Assembly: GCA_040876345.1 (NCBI GenBank)
Contig: JBBDPM010000004.1
Span: 14,980-78,979 of the forward strand
Length of the DNA stretch: 64,000 nucleotides
Direction: 5' to 3'
From: Candidatus Woykebacteria bacterium
GTDB taxonomy: Bacteria; Patescibacteriota; Microgenomatia; Woykebacterales; RBG-16-39-9b
Of this stretch, positions 41,485 through 52,176 are shown one piece after another. Each line of letters starts with the position of its first letter. Position 1 is the first letter of the stretch. The notes below the pieces were generated by a model. The model ran no database searches and had not been told where the DNA came from. It was given only the letters and a program-made list of their open reading frames with translations. Position numbers and translations under genes: made by a program.

Positions 41485-43376
41485 AAGCAAAGGCTACACT
41501 TCTCTCACTACTAACTATTCTTTCGTTGATACTTCCAATTTATTTGCGAAGCGGTGAAGTGCAGGCTGCCTCTTTTTCGGTCGCCTACGACATCACCTTT
41601 ATCTTCAATGAAGATGGTAGCGCCAGAGCCGTCCAGAAGATTGCTCTGAAAAATCTAACCACCGACCTCTACCCTTCGGAGTACAGCTTAAACATTGGAC
41701 CTGGCAATGTAACGAAAATAGCGGGCAGCGACTCCTTAGGAGCTATCCAGGTGCGAAGTTTAAAGGATAAGGATTCAACTGTTTTAAGAGCCGAGATAAA
41801 TGAAAAAGTCATCGGTAAGAATAAAAAAACTGATTTGACTCTAAATTATACTATTAAAAATCTTGCCTCAAAGAAAGGGAGGATGTGGGAACTTTTGGTA
41901 CCTGGAATCAACACGTCCGAAAATCTTGACTCGTTCAGAGTCAAGATAGAAGTCCCCAAAAAATGGGGCAGCGTGTACTCAATTTATCCCTCTTCTACAA
42001 AAAAAGAAAATGTTGGCTCTACCCAGATCCTAACATTCGACAAGAAAAAAAATCCTGCGGAGAACATAATTGCTAGTTTTGGAGACTATCAGGTTGTGGA
42101 ATTTTCCCTAAGCCAGAAACTGAAGAATCCCAACTTCTTCGCTAGAGAGGGGTCAATTTTGGTACCTTCAGATACCCAGTTCCAAGAGATATATTTTTCG
42201 CAAATCCAGCCTCGTCCAGACAAATTTGAAACCGATCAAGACGGAAACTGGGGTGCCAGATATAATCTTAAAGCGGGTGAAGAAAAGAATGTCTTAATCA
42301 AGGGCTTAGCCAGAATAGATAAAACTTTGGCCGAGAAAGTTCCTTCACCAGAGAGTGAAAATGCAAGGGGGAGTTTAAGGTTTTGGGAGGCGGACTCCAA
42401 GGAAATTTCGGAACAAGCCAAAAAATTGCAGGGCCCGAAAGAAATCTATAACTTTGTTCTTGAAACCCTAACTTTCAATAAAGAACTAGCAAAAGAGAAA
42501 CTTGATAAACGAGACGGGGCGCAGGGTTCTTTACGCAGCCCTGATAAGGCCCTGACAAGCGAATTTGCTGACCTTTTCATAGCCTTGGCCAGGGCAAAGG
42601 GAATCAAGGCGCGTCAACTAGTAGGCTTTGCCTTTGGAGACGGCTCCGACCTGACACCTACCCTTGTGAACGGTGAGAGAGGAACAGATAAACTTCATTC
42701 TTGGGTCGAATATCAAGATCCCGGTAGCAGCGTCTGGAGGCAGGTTGATCCTGCCTGGGGTGAGACCAGAAGTGTTAATTACTTTGATTACTTTGATTCA
42801 AATCATTTCTCTCTTTTTACGAGGGGGGAGAATAGCGAAAACCCCAAAATACCAGACACAGTCTTTAGCGCAGGTTCTCAAGGCGGAACTCTCGAGGTAA
42901 AGCTTGTTGAAACAGATTTCAATTTTGTAGCCCAACCAAAAATGGAGGTCGACTTAAACAGTGTTGTTTCAGGGTTTCCTTCCACTGGAAAATTAATAAT
43001 CTTTAACGATTCTGGCAAGTCCCTGAGGGCCGCAACCTTAACTTTCTCCCCAAATTCTTTAAAATTAATTGGCGAGCCTACCCAAAACCTAGGCACAATT
43101 CTACCTTTTAGCCAGTATGTGTTAAACTTCAAACTGAGAAGTGGGTCACTCTTAAGCAGTGACAACGGGGAAGTCAACGCTCTCCTTTCTGGGTTTGATC
43201 AAGGCAACAAAAAAGACTTTACGGTTACAAAACAAGTCCAAATTAAACCCTTCTTTAGCTTAAATTTGCCTCAAATCATTCTACTAATAATACTTATAGT
43301 CACTTTAGCGGGCCTTGGCGCCCCTTTCTATAAAAAATTCTTAAGAATAGTAAGAGAGACTTCTGATGAAACTTAA
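41481..43376 (+). CDS. Secreted, membrane-anchored transglutaminase-like protein
   Basis: EFADLFIALARAKGI, LHSWVE, VDPAWG; signal peptide and C-terminal TM. Confidence 0.8.
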   Translation: MKAKATLLSLLTILSLILPIYLRSGEVQAASFSVAYDITFIFNEDGSARAVQKIALKNLTTDLYPSEYSLNIGPGNVTKIAGSDSLGAIQVRSLKDKDSTVLRAEINEKVIGKNKKTDLTLNYTIKNLASKKGRMWELLVPGINTSENLDSFRVKIEVPKKWGSVYSIYPSSTKKENVGSTQILTFDKKKNPAENIIASFGDYQVVEFSLSQKLKNPNFFAREGSILVPSDTQFQEIYFSQIQPRPDKFETDQDGNWGARYNLKAGEEKNVLIKGLARIDKTLAEKVPSPESENARGSLRFWEADSKEISEQAKKLQGPKEIYNFVLETLTFNKELAKEKLDKRDGAQGSLRSPDKALTSEFADLFIALARAKGIKARQLVGFAFGDGSDLTPTLVNGERGTDKLHSWVEYQDPGSSVWRQVDPAWGETRSVNYFDYFDSNHFSLFTRGENSENPKIPDTVFSAGSQGGTLEVKLVETDFNFVAQPKMEVDLNSVVSGFPSTGKLIIFNDSGKSLRAATLTFSPNSLKLIGEPTQNLGTILPFSQYVLNFKLRSGSLLSSDNGEVNALLSGFDQGNKKDFTVTKQVQIKPFFSLNLPQIILLIILIVTLAGLGAPFYKKFLRIVRETSDET

Positions 43377-44619
43377 TTTAACTAGAATAGTGCAAAAACC
43401 GGGGGTTTATTTGCTAAAAGACCAAGAGGGGTCGGTACTTTATGTGGGAAAGGCGATAAATCTTAAGAGCCGCCTTCGTGCATACAGTGCGCCGCCGCAA
43501 GATTTAAGGCAAAAAAGTCTCCAAGAAAAAATCCACAAGGTTGAAACTATTGAGGTAGGATCGGAAATAGAAGCTTTAGTTTTAGAAGCAAACCTGATAA
43601 AAAAACACTACCCTCAATTTAATTCCCAACTTAAGGACGATAAGGATTATTTATATATTGTTGTAACCAAAGAAAAGTATCCAAAAGTTATCCCCGTTAG
43701 GAAACGATCAATTGAGGACTCTTTAGCCTATTTTGGTCCCTTTCCGGCCGCTTCTTCAGTAAGATTAACCTTGAGATCCATCAGAAAGATATTTCCCTTT
43801 AGCACTTGCTCACCCACCGCTAAAAAAGCTTGTCTTTACTACCACCTCGGCCTTTGTCCTGGAGTTTGTGTCGGCGCAATTAGCGAAAAAGCCTACCAGA
43901 AAAACATTAAAAACATTGTTTTGTTTCTCCAGGGGAAAAAGCAAAAGGTTACCCAGGATTTGCGAAAAGACATCGCTAAGGCGGCCAAGGAAACGCGCTA
44001 CGAAGAAGCCCAAGAACTTCTGAAAAAACTAAGAAGCATGGAGTATATACTTCAGCCAAGAGCCGACGTTACTAAATATCTTGAGGAGCCTGAGTTTTTG
44101 AAAAACTACCGAAGGGAAGAGCTGGAAGAGCTAAAAAAAATCCTTTCCCTTCCTAAAATACCAAAACGAATCGAAGGTTATGACATTTCTAATATTCACG
44201 GGCAGTACGCGACTGGATCCATGGTGGTTTTAAAAGATGGGGAAGTAGATAAAGCAAGTTATCGAAAGTTTAAGATTAAGAGTGTCAAAGGCATTAATGA
44301 TACGAAGATGCTTGAAGAAGTTCTCAAAAGAAGGTTTAATAACGATTGGGAGAGGCCGGATCTTATTGTTGTCGACGGTGGGAAAGGCCAACTTTCGGCT
44401 TGTTCTTCAGTTTTACGGCAAAGAGATCTTTCAATAGCCCACGTTTCCCTTGCAAAAAGGTTAGAAGAAATCTACGTGCCGAATTTAGAGAGACCCTTAA
44501 GGTTGGAAAGAAACTCAAAAGCGCTCCACCTAGTTCAAAGGCTGAGAGACGAAGCCCACCGCTTCGCGGTTTCTTATCACCGAAAGCTTAGGGATAGCAA
44601 CCTTCTGGTGGTTACATAA
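43366..44619 (+). CDS. uvrC: Excinuclease ABC subunit C (short form)
   Basis: PGVY..YVGKA, EGYDISN, DGGKGQL, RDEAHRFA. Confidence 0.95.
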   Translation: MKLNLTRIVQKPGVYLLKDQEGSVLYVGKAINLKSRLRAYSAPPQDLRQKSLQEKIHKVETIEVGSEIEALVLEANLIKKHYPQFNSQLKDDKDYLYIVVTKEKYPKVIPVRKRSIEDSLAYFGPFPAASSVRLTLRSIRKIFPFSTCSPTAKKACLYYHLGLCPGVCVGAISEKAYQKNIKNIVLFLQGKKQKVTQDLRKDIAKAAKETRYEEAQELLKKLRSMEYILQPRADVTKYLEEPEFLKNYRREELEELKKILSLPKIPKRIEGYDISNIHGQYATGSMVVLKDGEVDKASYRKFKIKSVKGINDTKMLEEVLKRRFNNDWERPDLIVVDGGKGQLSACSSVLRQRDLSIAHVSLAKRLEEIYVPNLERPLRLERNSKALHLVQRLRDEAHRFAVSYHRKLRDSNLLVVT

Positions 44620-45017
44620 TGAAAAAACTAGCAAAACAGTTTATTTTAAGTTTCTCCTCTTTTCTTGTCGTCGCCTATTTCTACCCAGGATTTAGTTTTG
44701 AGAAGAGCCAGGTAGTGCTTCTATCTGCCTTTGCTTTTGCCCTGCTTGGCCTTTTTATGAATCCAATTCTAAAGGCCCTATCTTTACCCCTCAATCTATT
44801 CACTTTTGGCCTTTTTAGCTTCTCAAGTGGAGCTGTCTTGATTTTCTTAGTTAAGACTCTTGTAGCAGGCTTTACTGTAAAGGGTTTTGATTTCGTCGGG
44901 GCAGATTTACTTGGTTTTGTTGTACCCGGCTTTTACGTAATTCCATTCCTTTCAGCTCTTGCCGCCTCGGCTCTTATAGGTTGGCTTTCTACCATACTTC
45001 GGTGGGTGTTTCATTAG
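44619..45017 (+). CDS. YvlD / holin-4 family membrane protein
   Basis: PILKALSLPLNLFTFGLF. Confidence 0.8.
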   Translation: MKKLAKQFILSFSSFLVVAYFYPGFSFEKSQVVLLSAFAFALLGLFMNPILKALSLPLNLFTFGLFSFSSGAVLIFLVKTLVAGFTVKGFDFVGADLLGFVVPGFYVIPFLSALAASALIGWLSTILRWVFH

Positions 45018-45045
45018 ATTGAAGTCTGTGGTAAAATTCCAGTTT

Positions 45046-45267
45046 ATGCTAACAAACGTTTTGCTCTTATCAATGATAGTAATTTCGGCTTCTTTGGCAG
45101 CTGTTATTTTAGTTCAGAACAAAGGCACCGGAGTTGGTTCGGTTTTTGGTGGCGGAGGCGGGGTTTACCGAAGCCGGAGAGGCGCTGAGAAATTTCTTCA
45201 TTATCTAACAATTATACTAGCTGCCCTTTTTACTTTAGTTTCTTTGACGCTTCTCATTATTAGGTGA
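45046..45267 (+). CDS. secG: Preprotein translocase SecG
   Basis: ILVQNKGTGVGSVFGG...RRGAEKFL. Confidence 0.92.
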   Translation: MLTNVLLLSMIVISASLAAVILVQNKGTGVGSVFGGGGGVYRSRRGAEKFLHYLTIILAALFTLVSLTLLIIR

Positions 45268-46874
45268 TGGGTAAGAAACTCCGCTTCTACTATCATTTCT
45301 TAATCGTTATCGTAACAAAAAAATACCGCCAAGTTTTCCTTCTTTTAGCCGGTTTAGGTCTTATCACCCTCCTTGGCTTTTACGTAGTTCCTGATGCGTT
45401 TCACAGGCTTTACGATGGAGTTTCTAATAATATCAGGAAGCCAAAGTATATCGAAGGTATTGTTGGATCAGTCCAAACACTGAACCCAGTATATACAAAA
45501 ACTTTGGCGGAGAAAGAAATAAGCTCGCTTGTTTTTCGCTCTCTTATGAGAGTTAGTGAAGACGGAACCCTCTCTCCCGACATTGCCGAAAGTTACACCC
45601 GAAGAGGCGAAACCGAGTATATTTTCAAGTTAAAGGACAATCTTTTTTGGCAGGACGGTGCCCCAATTACAGCCGATGACGTTGTTTATACAGTTGAATT
45701 AACGCAAAAAGCATCTCCAGGCTCGGATCTAGCCCCGAACTTCAAGGATGTACTTACTACTAAGATCGACGATCTAACGGTGAGCTTTAAGCTTTCCGAG
45801 CCTTACTCTCCATTTCCTCTAAATACCGCTATAAAAATTGTCCCCAAGCACATTCCGCTGGCAGCGTACAGACCAATTGGGAGTAGTGACTTTGCCGTCA
45901 AAAGTATTTCCGATGACAAAATAGTTCTGGAAAGCAGCTTCGCGAACTTGACTTTTAGATTATATAAAAAAGCGGACGATGCTCTTCTTGCTCTGAAGTT
46001 GGGTGAGGTCGATAGCCTTGGTGGTTTGGGATTTTCGCAGGTAAACGAGATGCGTTTTTGGCAGAACTTAAATATCTACAGTCTCGATATGTCTCAGAGG
46101 CAAATAATGCTTTTCTTCAACCTAAAAGATAAAACCCTTTCGGAAAGAGAAATTAGAAGAGCCCTATCCCTTAGCGTTGCAAAAAAGCTAATAACCCAAG
46201 TGCTACCAGGATTTAACCCCCATATTGCAAATTCTTCCTACCCATTAAACAGTTGGGCAAATGATTCAAATTTTCAGACTGAAGGAAATGGTAGGGAGGA
46301 GGCAGAGAAAATTTTGGATAGTATCGGTTGGAAGAAAAAAGGCAATATTCGAACTAAGGGCAACGAGAGTCTTAAATTGAAGATAACTATAAGTGATGGG
46401 GAAGAATTTCACTCTCTTGCAAAGATTCTAGAAACTTCTTGGAAGGCGCTTGGTGCCAATGTTGCAATCTTTCCTGTTTCGGCGCTAGAAATGAGAGAGC
46501 GCGTAATACCAGAAAGAGACTTTCAAGCTTTGCTAACTACCCAGGAAATTGGAGCCGATCCAGATCAATACAGCCTTTGGCACAGCTCCCAAATACACGA
46601 AGCAAATGTGTCATCCCTTAGCTCAGCGAAAATAGATAAGATTTTGGAGGACGCAAGAAGATCGTCAGATTTAAAGTTCCGAAGGGAAAAATACTTTCTT
46701 TTTGCAAGACTTTTGGCCGATGAAACACCCGCAATATTTCTTTACTATCCAAAATACTTTTGGGTGGTTAATAAAAGAGTCGAAAACATTAAACCAAAGG
46801 GTCTTCTAAACACTTGGAACAGGTTTGATGACATCAAGGGATGGAAGCTAAATCAGAACTTCAAGTTTTGGTGA
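45267..46874 (+). CDS. ABC transporter substrate-binding protein, family 5
   Basis: TLNPV, WQDGAPITADDVVYT, PIGS. Confidence 0.88.
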   Translation: MGKKLRFYYHFLIVIVTKKYRQVFLLLAGLGLITLLGFYVVPDAFHRLYDGVSNNIRKPKYIEGIVGSVQTLNPVYTKTLAEKEISSLVFRSLMRVSEDGTLSPDIAESYTRRGETEYIFKLKDNLFWQDGAPITADDVVYTVELTQKASPGSDLAPNFKDVLTTKIDDLTVSFKLSEPYSPFPLNTAIKIVPKHIPLAAYRPIGSSDFAVKSISDDKIVLESSFANLTFRLYKKADDALLALKLGEVDSLGGLGFSQVNEMRFWQNLNIYSLDMSQRQIMLFFNLKDKTLSEREIRRALSLSVAKKLITQVLPGFNPHIANSSYPLNSWANDSNFQTEGNGREEAEKILDSIGWKKKGNIRTKGNESLKLKITISDGEEFHSLAKILETSWKALGANVAIFPVSALEMRERVIPERDFQALLTTQEIGADPDQYSLWHSSQIHEANVSSLSSAKIDKILEDARRSSDLKFRREKYFLFARLLADETPAIFLYYPKYFWVVNKRVENIKPKGLLNTWNRFDDIKGWKLNQNFKFW

Positions 46875-47039
46875 GGAACGCGCAGCCTAAAAGGCTCCCG
46901 CCCTGAGGTTGAAGTTCCCGGGTACTTACAATACAATTGTAATAACTAATAGTTAAGTTTGACACATGGACTAAGATTGAAGATAATAGCATAAGTGGTA
47001 AAAAAAGCCTAAGATTTGAAAGGAGGTGTAACTAAAAAC

Positions 47040-47180
47040 ATGTCAGAAGCATACTGCGTAAAGTGTAAGCAGAAAAGAGAAGTTACAAATCCTGAGCAAG
47101 TTACCATGAAAAATGGTAGAAAAGCCTTGAAAGGTACTTGCCCAGTTTGTGGAACAAAAATGTTTAAAATTGGAGGCTAA
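47040..47180 (+). CDS. DUF5679 small Zn-finger protein
   Basis: Manual translation MSEAYCVKCKQKREV...KGTCPVCGTKMFKIGG; AAGGAGGTG upstream. Confidence 0.88.
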   Translation: MSEAYCVKCKQKREVTNPEQVTMKNGRKALKGTCPVCGTKMFKIGG

Positions 47181-47269
47181 AGCCTTCAGTTTAATATTCG
47201 ATAAAGCTAATGCGGCCTTGAAAGAGGTAGTATTTTTTCCCAAGAAATACAAATTCATGGTGGATATTG

Positions 47270-47475
47270 TAAATCTGGCTTGGAGCTATCCAGGAATTTG
47301 AATTGCGATATTGGACCGTTGTATCAGTCAATTTTACGATTCGGAACACCTGGTGTCCACTTTGGTGAACCTCGGTTCTATGTTAACGAACGAAATTATA
47401 GATCAATTAGTTGAAACTTTCAAAGAATGGGACCTTGTTTTTAAAAACTATCCTGTTAACGTAGCAACCGCGTAA
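47270..47475 (+). pseudogene. Possible recombinase C-terminal remnant spanning an att-like TTTGGTGA core
   Basis: Broken frames LAWSYPGI / NCDIGPLYQSILRF...FGEP; core 47361-68 equals 48455-62 at the tRNA-Lys end. Confidence 0.4.
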
Positions 47476-47539
47476 AGCCATGCCTTAGGACTAAATACAA
47501 ACCTATTAAAAATTACCAGAATTTACTAGAATATAATTG

Positions 47540-48358
47540 ATGACTAAATTGCTCATTTATAGAGAAGATCTAAAAATACTTTTAAAGACAGACGGGGAGG
47601 GGTCTTTACCCAGTTTAGATTCAGACACTCCCGAAAACCTAGGGGGATATACATCCGAGAACCTTGGTTTTTCAATTCGTAGTTTTGGACAAAAACACGC
47701 TGACATCTTGATAGCCCAAAGGGTTTTCGGAAATCAGAAGGAAGGGACAGGATGGTTCGGTATAAAAAGAGCCTCAAAATCAACTGGGTTAAAAGAAACT
47801 GATATCAGAGAATGGGTTGATAATGATATTGATTACTCAACCAGAAAACAGCTTGGTCTGATTAAAAAAGTATTTGCTGAATTTAAAAATGAAGCAGTAG
47901 AAATTTTTTTATGGGGCGGCTGGGCGGTAGATTTTTTGGCGGGCACAGTCACAAGACCTCATATTGACACCGATACGCTTGTTTGGAAAAAAGATAAAGA
48001 AAAGGTTCAAAAAATTATGTCCCGCTTAGGCTTTACCACAAAGGATAAGATAAGAAAATTCCAAAACGGATTTGAAGAATTTCAATTTGACAACGATTTT
48101 GTTGAATCATATGGAGATAAATTTATTTCGAGCGTTTCTCCACAAACTTCGGGAATAGTGTGGTCCAAAGAAACTTTTTTGGAACCTGTTGAGGCCAAAC
48201 TAGATAATATTCATGCCACAGTCATAAATCCTAAATCCTTGTACTCTTTTCTTGAGCAAAAAATCAAATCTTATAAGAGAAAGGTCGGTAAAACGAGCGG
48301 TCCGGTTGAGAAAACTCAAAAAGACTTAGAAGTGCTGAAGAAAGTTATCGGGAACTAG
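47540..48358 (+). CDS. Nucleotidyltransferase, ANT(2'')/LinA-like domain with N-terminal extension
   Basis: LWGGWAVDFLAG...TRPHIDTD. Confidence 0.75.
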   Translation: MTKLLIYREDLKILLKTDGEGSLPSLDSDTPENLGGYTSENLGFSIRSFGQKHADILIAQRVFGNQKEGTGWFGIKRASKSTGLKETDIREWVDNDIDYSTRKQLGLIKKVFAEFKNEAVEIFLWGGWAVDFLAGTVTRPHIDTDTLVWKKDKEKVQKIMSRLGFTTKDKIRKFQNGFEEFQFDNDFVESYGDKFISSVSPQTSGIVWSKETFLEPVEAKLDNIHATVINPKSLYSFLEQKIKSYKRKVGKTSGPVEKTQKDLEVLKKVIGN

Positions 48359-48456
48359 TAAATTGGTGGGTTGTTTTTCTTTGGGTTTAAAGTTCGAATC
48401 AACAGTGCTTGGTGGGTTTTCTTGATAAAATCTAAGGCTAAATTTTACTAAATTTT

Positions 48457-48532
48457 TGGTGAGCCAGGAAGGACTCGAACCTTCAACCCGTTGCTTAAGA
48501 GGCAACTGCTCTGCCAATTGAGCTACTGGCCC
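48457..48532 (-). tRNA. tRNA-Lys(CTT)
   Basis: Cloverleaf; anticodon loop CT-CTT-AA; GGTTCGAG; encoded CCA. Confidence 0.97.
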
Positions 48533-48568
48533 ACAAAAGTTCACTTAATTTGAATTTAGCAAATAAAG

Positions 48569-48644
48569 TGGTACCCCAGGAGGGATTCGAACCCCCGACC
48601 TTGACGTTAGAACCGTCCTGCTCTATCCGCTGAGCTACTGGGGC
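48569..48644 (-). tRNA. tRNA-Arg(TCT)
   Basis: Cloverleaf; loop GT-TCT-AA; encoded CCA. Confidence 0.93.
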
Positions 48645-48710
48645 AAGACGCTGCTATTATACCAACCCTAGCCTCAATTATCAATTATGATGGTATAATT
48701 TAAAAAGCCT

Positions 48711-49250
48711 ATGGCAAGTACCTATAGAAATATTGTGGTTTCTGGGGACGTTGGAACTGGCACCTCGACCTTGACAAAAGGATTGGCCGAAAAACTTGGC
48801 TGGGAGTACCTTTCAGCCGGGAATTTTTTTCGAAAATATTTTATTGAACACAATATTCCGCTTTGGAACAAAGCAGCAATACCTAATAGTGTTGAAAACG
48901 AGATCGATTATGATTTATACGAAAAGATGGCGAAGAATGAACACATCGTGTTTGACGGCCATTATGGCGCCTGGTTCGCAAGGGATTTACCGGACGTCTA
49001 TAGAGTTTTACTAATTTGCGACAAAAGCGAAGCAACTAAAAGAATATTAGAAAGGGAACATACTCATAAAGAAACTAAGATAGAAATTGAAAAAAGACGA
49101 GTGCAACTACGCGAAAAATTCAAAAAACTCTATTCAGAAGAAGATTATGAGGATCCAGGCTTATTTCATTTGATTATCGACACTACAAATAAAGGCCCTG
49201 AAGAAACAATTAAAGAGGCTTTGGAGAACTTTAAAACCTTGAGTAAGTAG
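48711..49250 (+). CDS. cmk: Cytidylate kinase-like protein (archaeal-type)
   Basis: SGDVGTGTST P-loop, YLSAG, IIDT. Confidence 0.8.
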   Translation: MASTYRNIVVSGDVGTGTSTLTKGLAEKLGWEYLSAGNFFRKYFIEHNIPLWNKAAIPNSVENEIDYDLYEKMAKNEHIVFDGHYGAWFARDLPDVYRVLLICDKSEATKRILEREHTHKETKIEIEKRRVQLREKFKKLYSEEDYEDPGLFHLIIDTTNKGPEETIKEALENFKTLSK

Positions 49251-49259
49251 AAAACACGA

Positions 49260-51242
49260 TCAAAGAAAAGGAACCAAGAGTAGAGCTACTATGTTAATAA
49301 CCTTTATCATTGGATTTATTGCCGGGCCCGCAGTATCCTTGTAAGGATCTCCGACCGTGTCCCCAGTAACCGCCGCTTTATGAGCTTCGCTTCCTTTTCC
49401 ACCAAGGTTGCCCTCTTCAATATACTTTTTGGCGTTGTCCCAAGCAGCACCTCCAGTGGTCATCGAAATAGCGACGAATACACCTGTAACAATCGAGCCG
49501 ACCAAGAGACCACCAAGAGCTTCTGGCCCAAGCCATAAACCAACTACTACCGGGGCAACAATTGGTATTAGAGCGGGAACAATCATTTCTTTTTGGGCAG
49601 CCGCCGTAACAATTGCAACGGCCCTTGCATAATCTGGCTTCGCAGTTCCTTCCATTATTCCGTCGATTTCTTTAAATTGACGGCGGACTTCCGTAACAAC
49701 ACTTCCGGCAGCTTTCCCCACGGCTTCCATAGCCATAGCACCAAATATATAAGGAAGGGCTGCTCCAATGAAAAGCCCCACCAAAACATTCGGGTCATCC
49801 AATCTAAATATTACTTGCTTACCCGCAGCTGAGAGCTCTTGCGAGTAAGAAGCGAAAAGAACTAGGGCGGCCAGCGCTGCTGAAGCAATGGCGTATCCCT
49901 TCGTAATAGCCTTAGTGGTGTTTCCAACAGCATCCAGGGCGTCAGTTACCTTCCGAACAGAATCTGGGAGGCCAGCCATTTCAGCTATTCCACCGGCATT
50001 ATCAGTAATTGGCCCAAAAGCATCAATTGCAACGATAATCCCTGTCATAGATAACATACTCATCGCCGCAATCGCCACTCCGTAAATCCCGGCAATATTA
50101 AAAGCGATTAGGGTTGCGCCAGAGATCAAAACGATTGGAGCCAAAGTCGATTTCATAGAAATAGCTAGCCCTTGGATAATATTTGTGGCGTGGCCTGTTT
50201 CACTCGCTTTGGCTATATTTTTGACGGAAGAGAAATTTTTTGAAGTGTAAAACTCAGTAATCCCAACCATACCTAAGGTTACGACAAGTCCCAAAAGGCT
50301 GACAGTGAATAGATCAGAGTTGTTCGGGAAAAAAATAGGGGTTACGTAGAAAAACCCTAAAGCTGCTAAAAGACCAGAAACGATCAGTCCTAGGTAAAGA
50401 GCACCCATGATATTTTTACCAATCAGGCGAACACATAAACTGCCCACTATGGAAGCGACTACTGAGATAGCCCCCAAAGCTAAAGGATAGATCAAGGCGT
50501 TTTCATTTCCCGGAAATATTAAGCTTCCAAGTAGCATCGCGGCGATTGCGGTCACGGCGTAGGTTTCAAAAAGGTCGGCGGCCATACCGGCATCATCGCC
50601 AACATTGTCGCCAACATTATCCGCAATAACGGCTGGATTCCTTGGGTCATCTTCCGGAATACCAACCTCCACTTTACCCACTAAATCAGCGCCAACGTCG
50701 GCTCCCTTAGTGTAAATACCACCGCCGAGCCTAGCAAAAACTGAAATTAAACTACCACCAAAACCAAGGCCAATTAAAGCTTTAACATCGCCGGTAACAA
50801 AATAAAAGCCGGAAACGGAAAGAAGTGCTAACCCAACAACTATCATGCCAGTTACAGCCCCACCTTTAAACGCTACGTCTAAAGATTGAGCAAGGCCGGT
50901 CTTGGCTGCTTCTGCCACTCGTACATTAGCTCGAACAGCCACATTCATTCCAATATAGCCTGCAAGAGCTGAAGCTAAGGCACCCGTCGCAAACCCAGCG
51001 GCCGTTGTTCTCTGATCAAGACCCAACCAAATAAGAAGAAATACGATAAGTCCAACAACCCCTACTACCAAATACTGGCGATTTAGATACGAAGAGGCCC
51101 CTTCTTGAATTGCTTGGGCAATCTCTTGCATTTTCTTAGTACCAGCTGACTTTCTAAGAACTAATATAGTTAGGACAATTCCATATAAAACAGCCAAAAT
51201 AGAGGCTAGCCCAATCCAAACAAACGTTTGCGAAATTTGCAT
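49260..51242 (-). CDS. hppA: Membrane-integral pyrophosphatase, K+-independent H+-PPase type
   Basis: [26 protein letters not shown] (Lys at the K+-dependence position). Confidence 0.95.
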   Translation of the reverse strand: MQISQTFVWIGLASILAVLYGIVLTILVLRKSAGTKKMQEIAQAIQEGASSYLNRQYLVVGVVGLIVFLLIWLGLDQRTTAAGFATGALASALAGYIGMNVAVRANVRVAEAAKTGLAQSLDVAFKGGAVTGMIVVGLALLSVSGFYFVTGDVKALIGLGFGGSLISVFARLGGGIYTKGADVGADLVGKVEVGIPEDDPRNPAVIADNVGDNVGDDAGMAADLFETYAVTAIAAMLLGSLIFPGNENALIYPLALGAISVVASIVGSLCVRLIGKNIMGALYLGLIVSGLLAALGFFYVTPIFFPNNSDLFTVSLLGLVVTLGMVGITEFYTSKNFSSVKNIAKASETGHATNIIQGLAISMKSTLAPIVLISGATLIAFNIAGIYGVAIAAMSMLSMTGIIVAIDAFGPITDNAGGIAEMAGLPDSVRKVTDALDAVGNTTKAITKGYAIASAALAALVLFASYSQELSAAGKQVIFRLDDPNVLVGLFIGAALPYIFGAMAMEAVGKAAGSVVTEVRRQFKEIDGIMEGTAKPDYARAVAIVTAAAQKEMIVPALIPIVAPVVVGLWLGPEALGGLLVGSIVTGVFVAISMTTGGAAWDNAKKYIEEGNLGGKGSEAHKAAVTGDTVGDPYKDTAGPAINPMIKVINIVALLLVPFL

Positions 51243-51424
51243 AAGGCATAATTTACACTAAAGAAGAAAAATTGGCAATAGGAAGAGAGTTGACAACTTA
51301 TTTTTTTAGTTGTAGACTGATAGTAAAGACCCTTCTGCCAAATCTACTAAATAAATGTCTTTCATCCTCGCGAAAAAGTTACTAAGTAAAATATTGAAAA
51401 ATAACTTTGAAAGGAGGTGAAAAA

Positions 51425-52090
51425 ATGACACTACAGGACTACATATTACTTTCCCAGGATTCAATTAATAGGCTATTCTCAACGCTTGGTAGCACAGTTA
51501 CCAATGTTATTGCGGCTGTAATCGCTTTAGCAGTTGGTCTAGTAATAGGATATATCCTCAAAAGGATTGTCGTCGAAATCTCTCAGGCAATAAACTTTGA
51601 GAAAACCATATCCGGCTGGTCAGTTTACCAAAACTTGACTAAATCACAGGAGAACATCGATCTCACAACCCTAATAGGTGAACTATTGAGATGGATTGCA
51701 GTTGCCGTATTTCTTATTCCGGCAGTCCAGTCACTGCAAGTTGTTGGGCCAGAAGAAGTGCTGACTACAGTTCTTAGTTATATTCCAAACGCGATACTTG
51801 CAGCGCTCTTCCTAATCTTAGGGTTTGTTGTGGCATGGTTCACTCACAGAATAGTTATGCTAGTAGCAGTACTAGTTGGCAATAATCCAGCCCGTTTAAT
51901 TGCCAACATAGTCTATCTTGCTATTGTAGTATTCGCAACTTTGCAAGCTTTGCTTCAACTTGGAGTAACTGGCGAAATCATTAGATTGATTGTAATTGCA
52001 GCCATTGCCGCTTCGGCTTTAGCATTAGGGCTCGGTTCGCGTGACCAAGCCATGGAACTTGTTAAAAAGTTCATGGATAAAGTAAAATAG
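51425..52090 (+). CDS. Conserved TM-helix repeat membrane protein (MscS N-terminal-like)
   Basis: YIPNAILA, ALALGLG; paralogue of next gene. Confidence 0.8.
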   Translation: MTLQDYILLSQDSINRLFSTLGSTVTNVIAAVIALAVGLVIGYILKRIVVEISQAINFEKTISGWSVYQNLTKSQENIDLTTLIGELLRWIAVAVFLIPAVQSLQVVGPEEVLTTVLSYIPNAILAALFLILGFVVAWFTHRIVMLVAVLVGNNPARLIANIVYLAIVVFATLQALLQLGVTGEIIRLIVIAAIAASALALGLGSRDQAMELVKKFMDKVK

Positions 52091-52176
52091 CAACAACTAC
52101 TAGACGCGTATAACTTTAATTGTCAAAATTGAAGCTCATAAGTGATATTATATTGTTTGAGTTAGGGGGTGAATGA

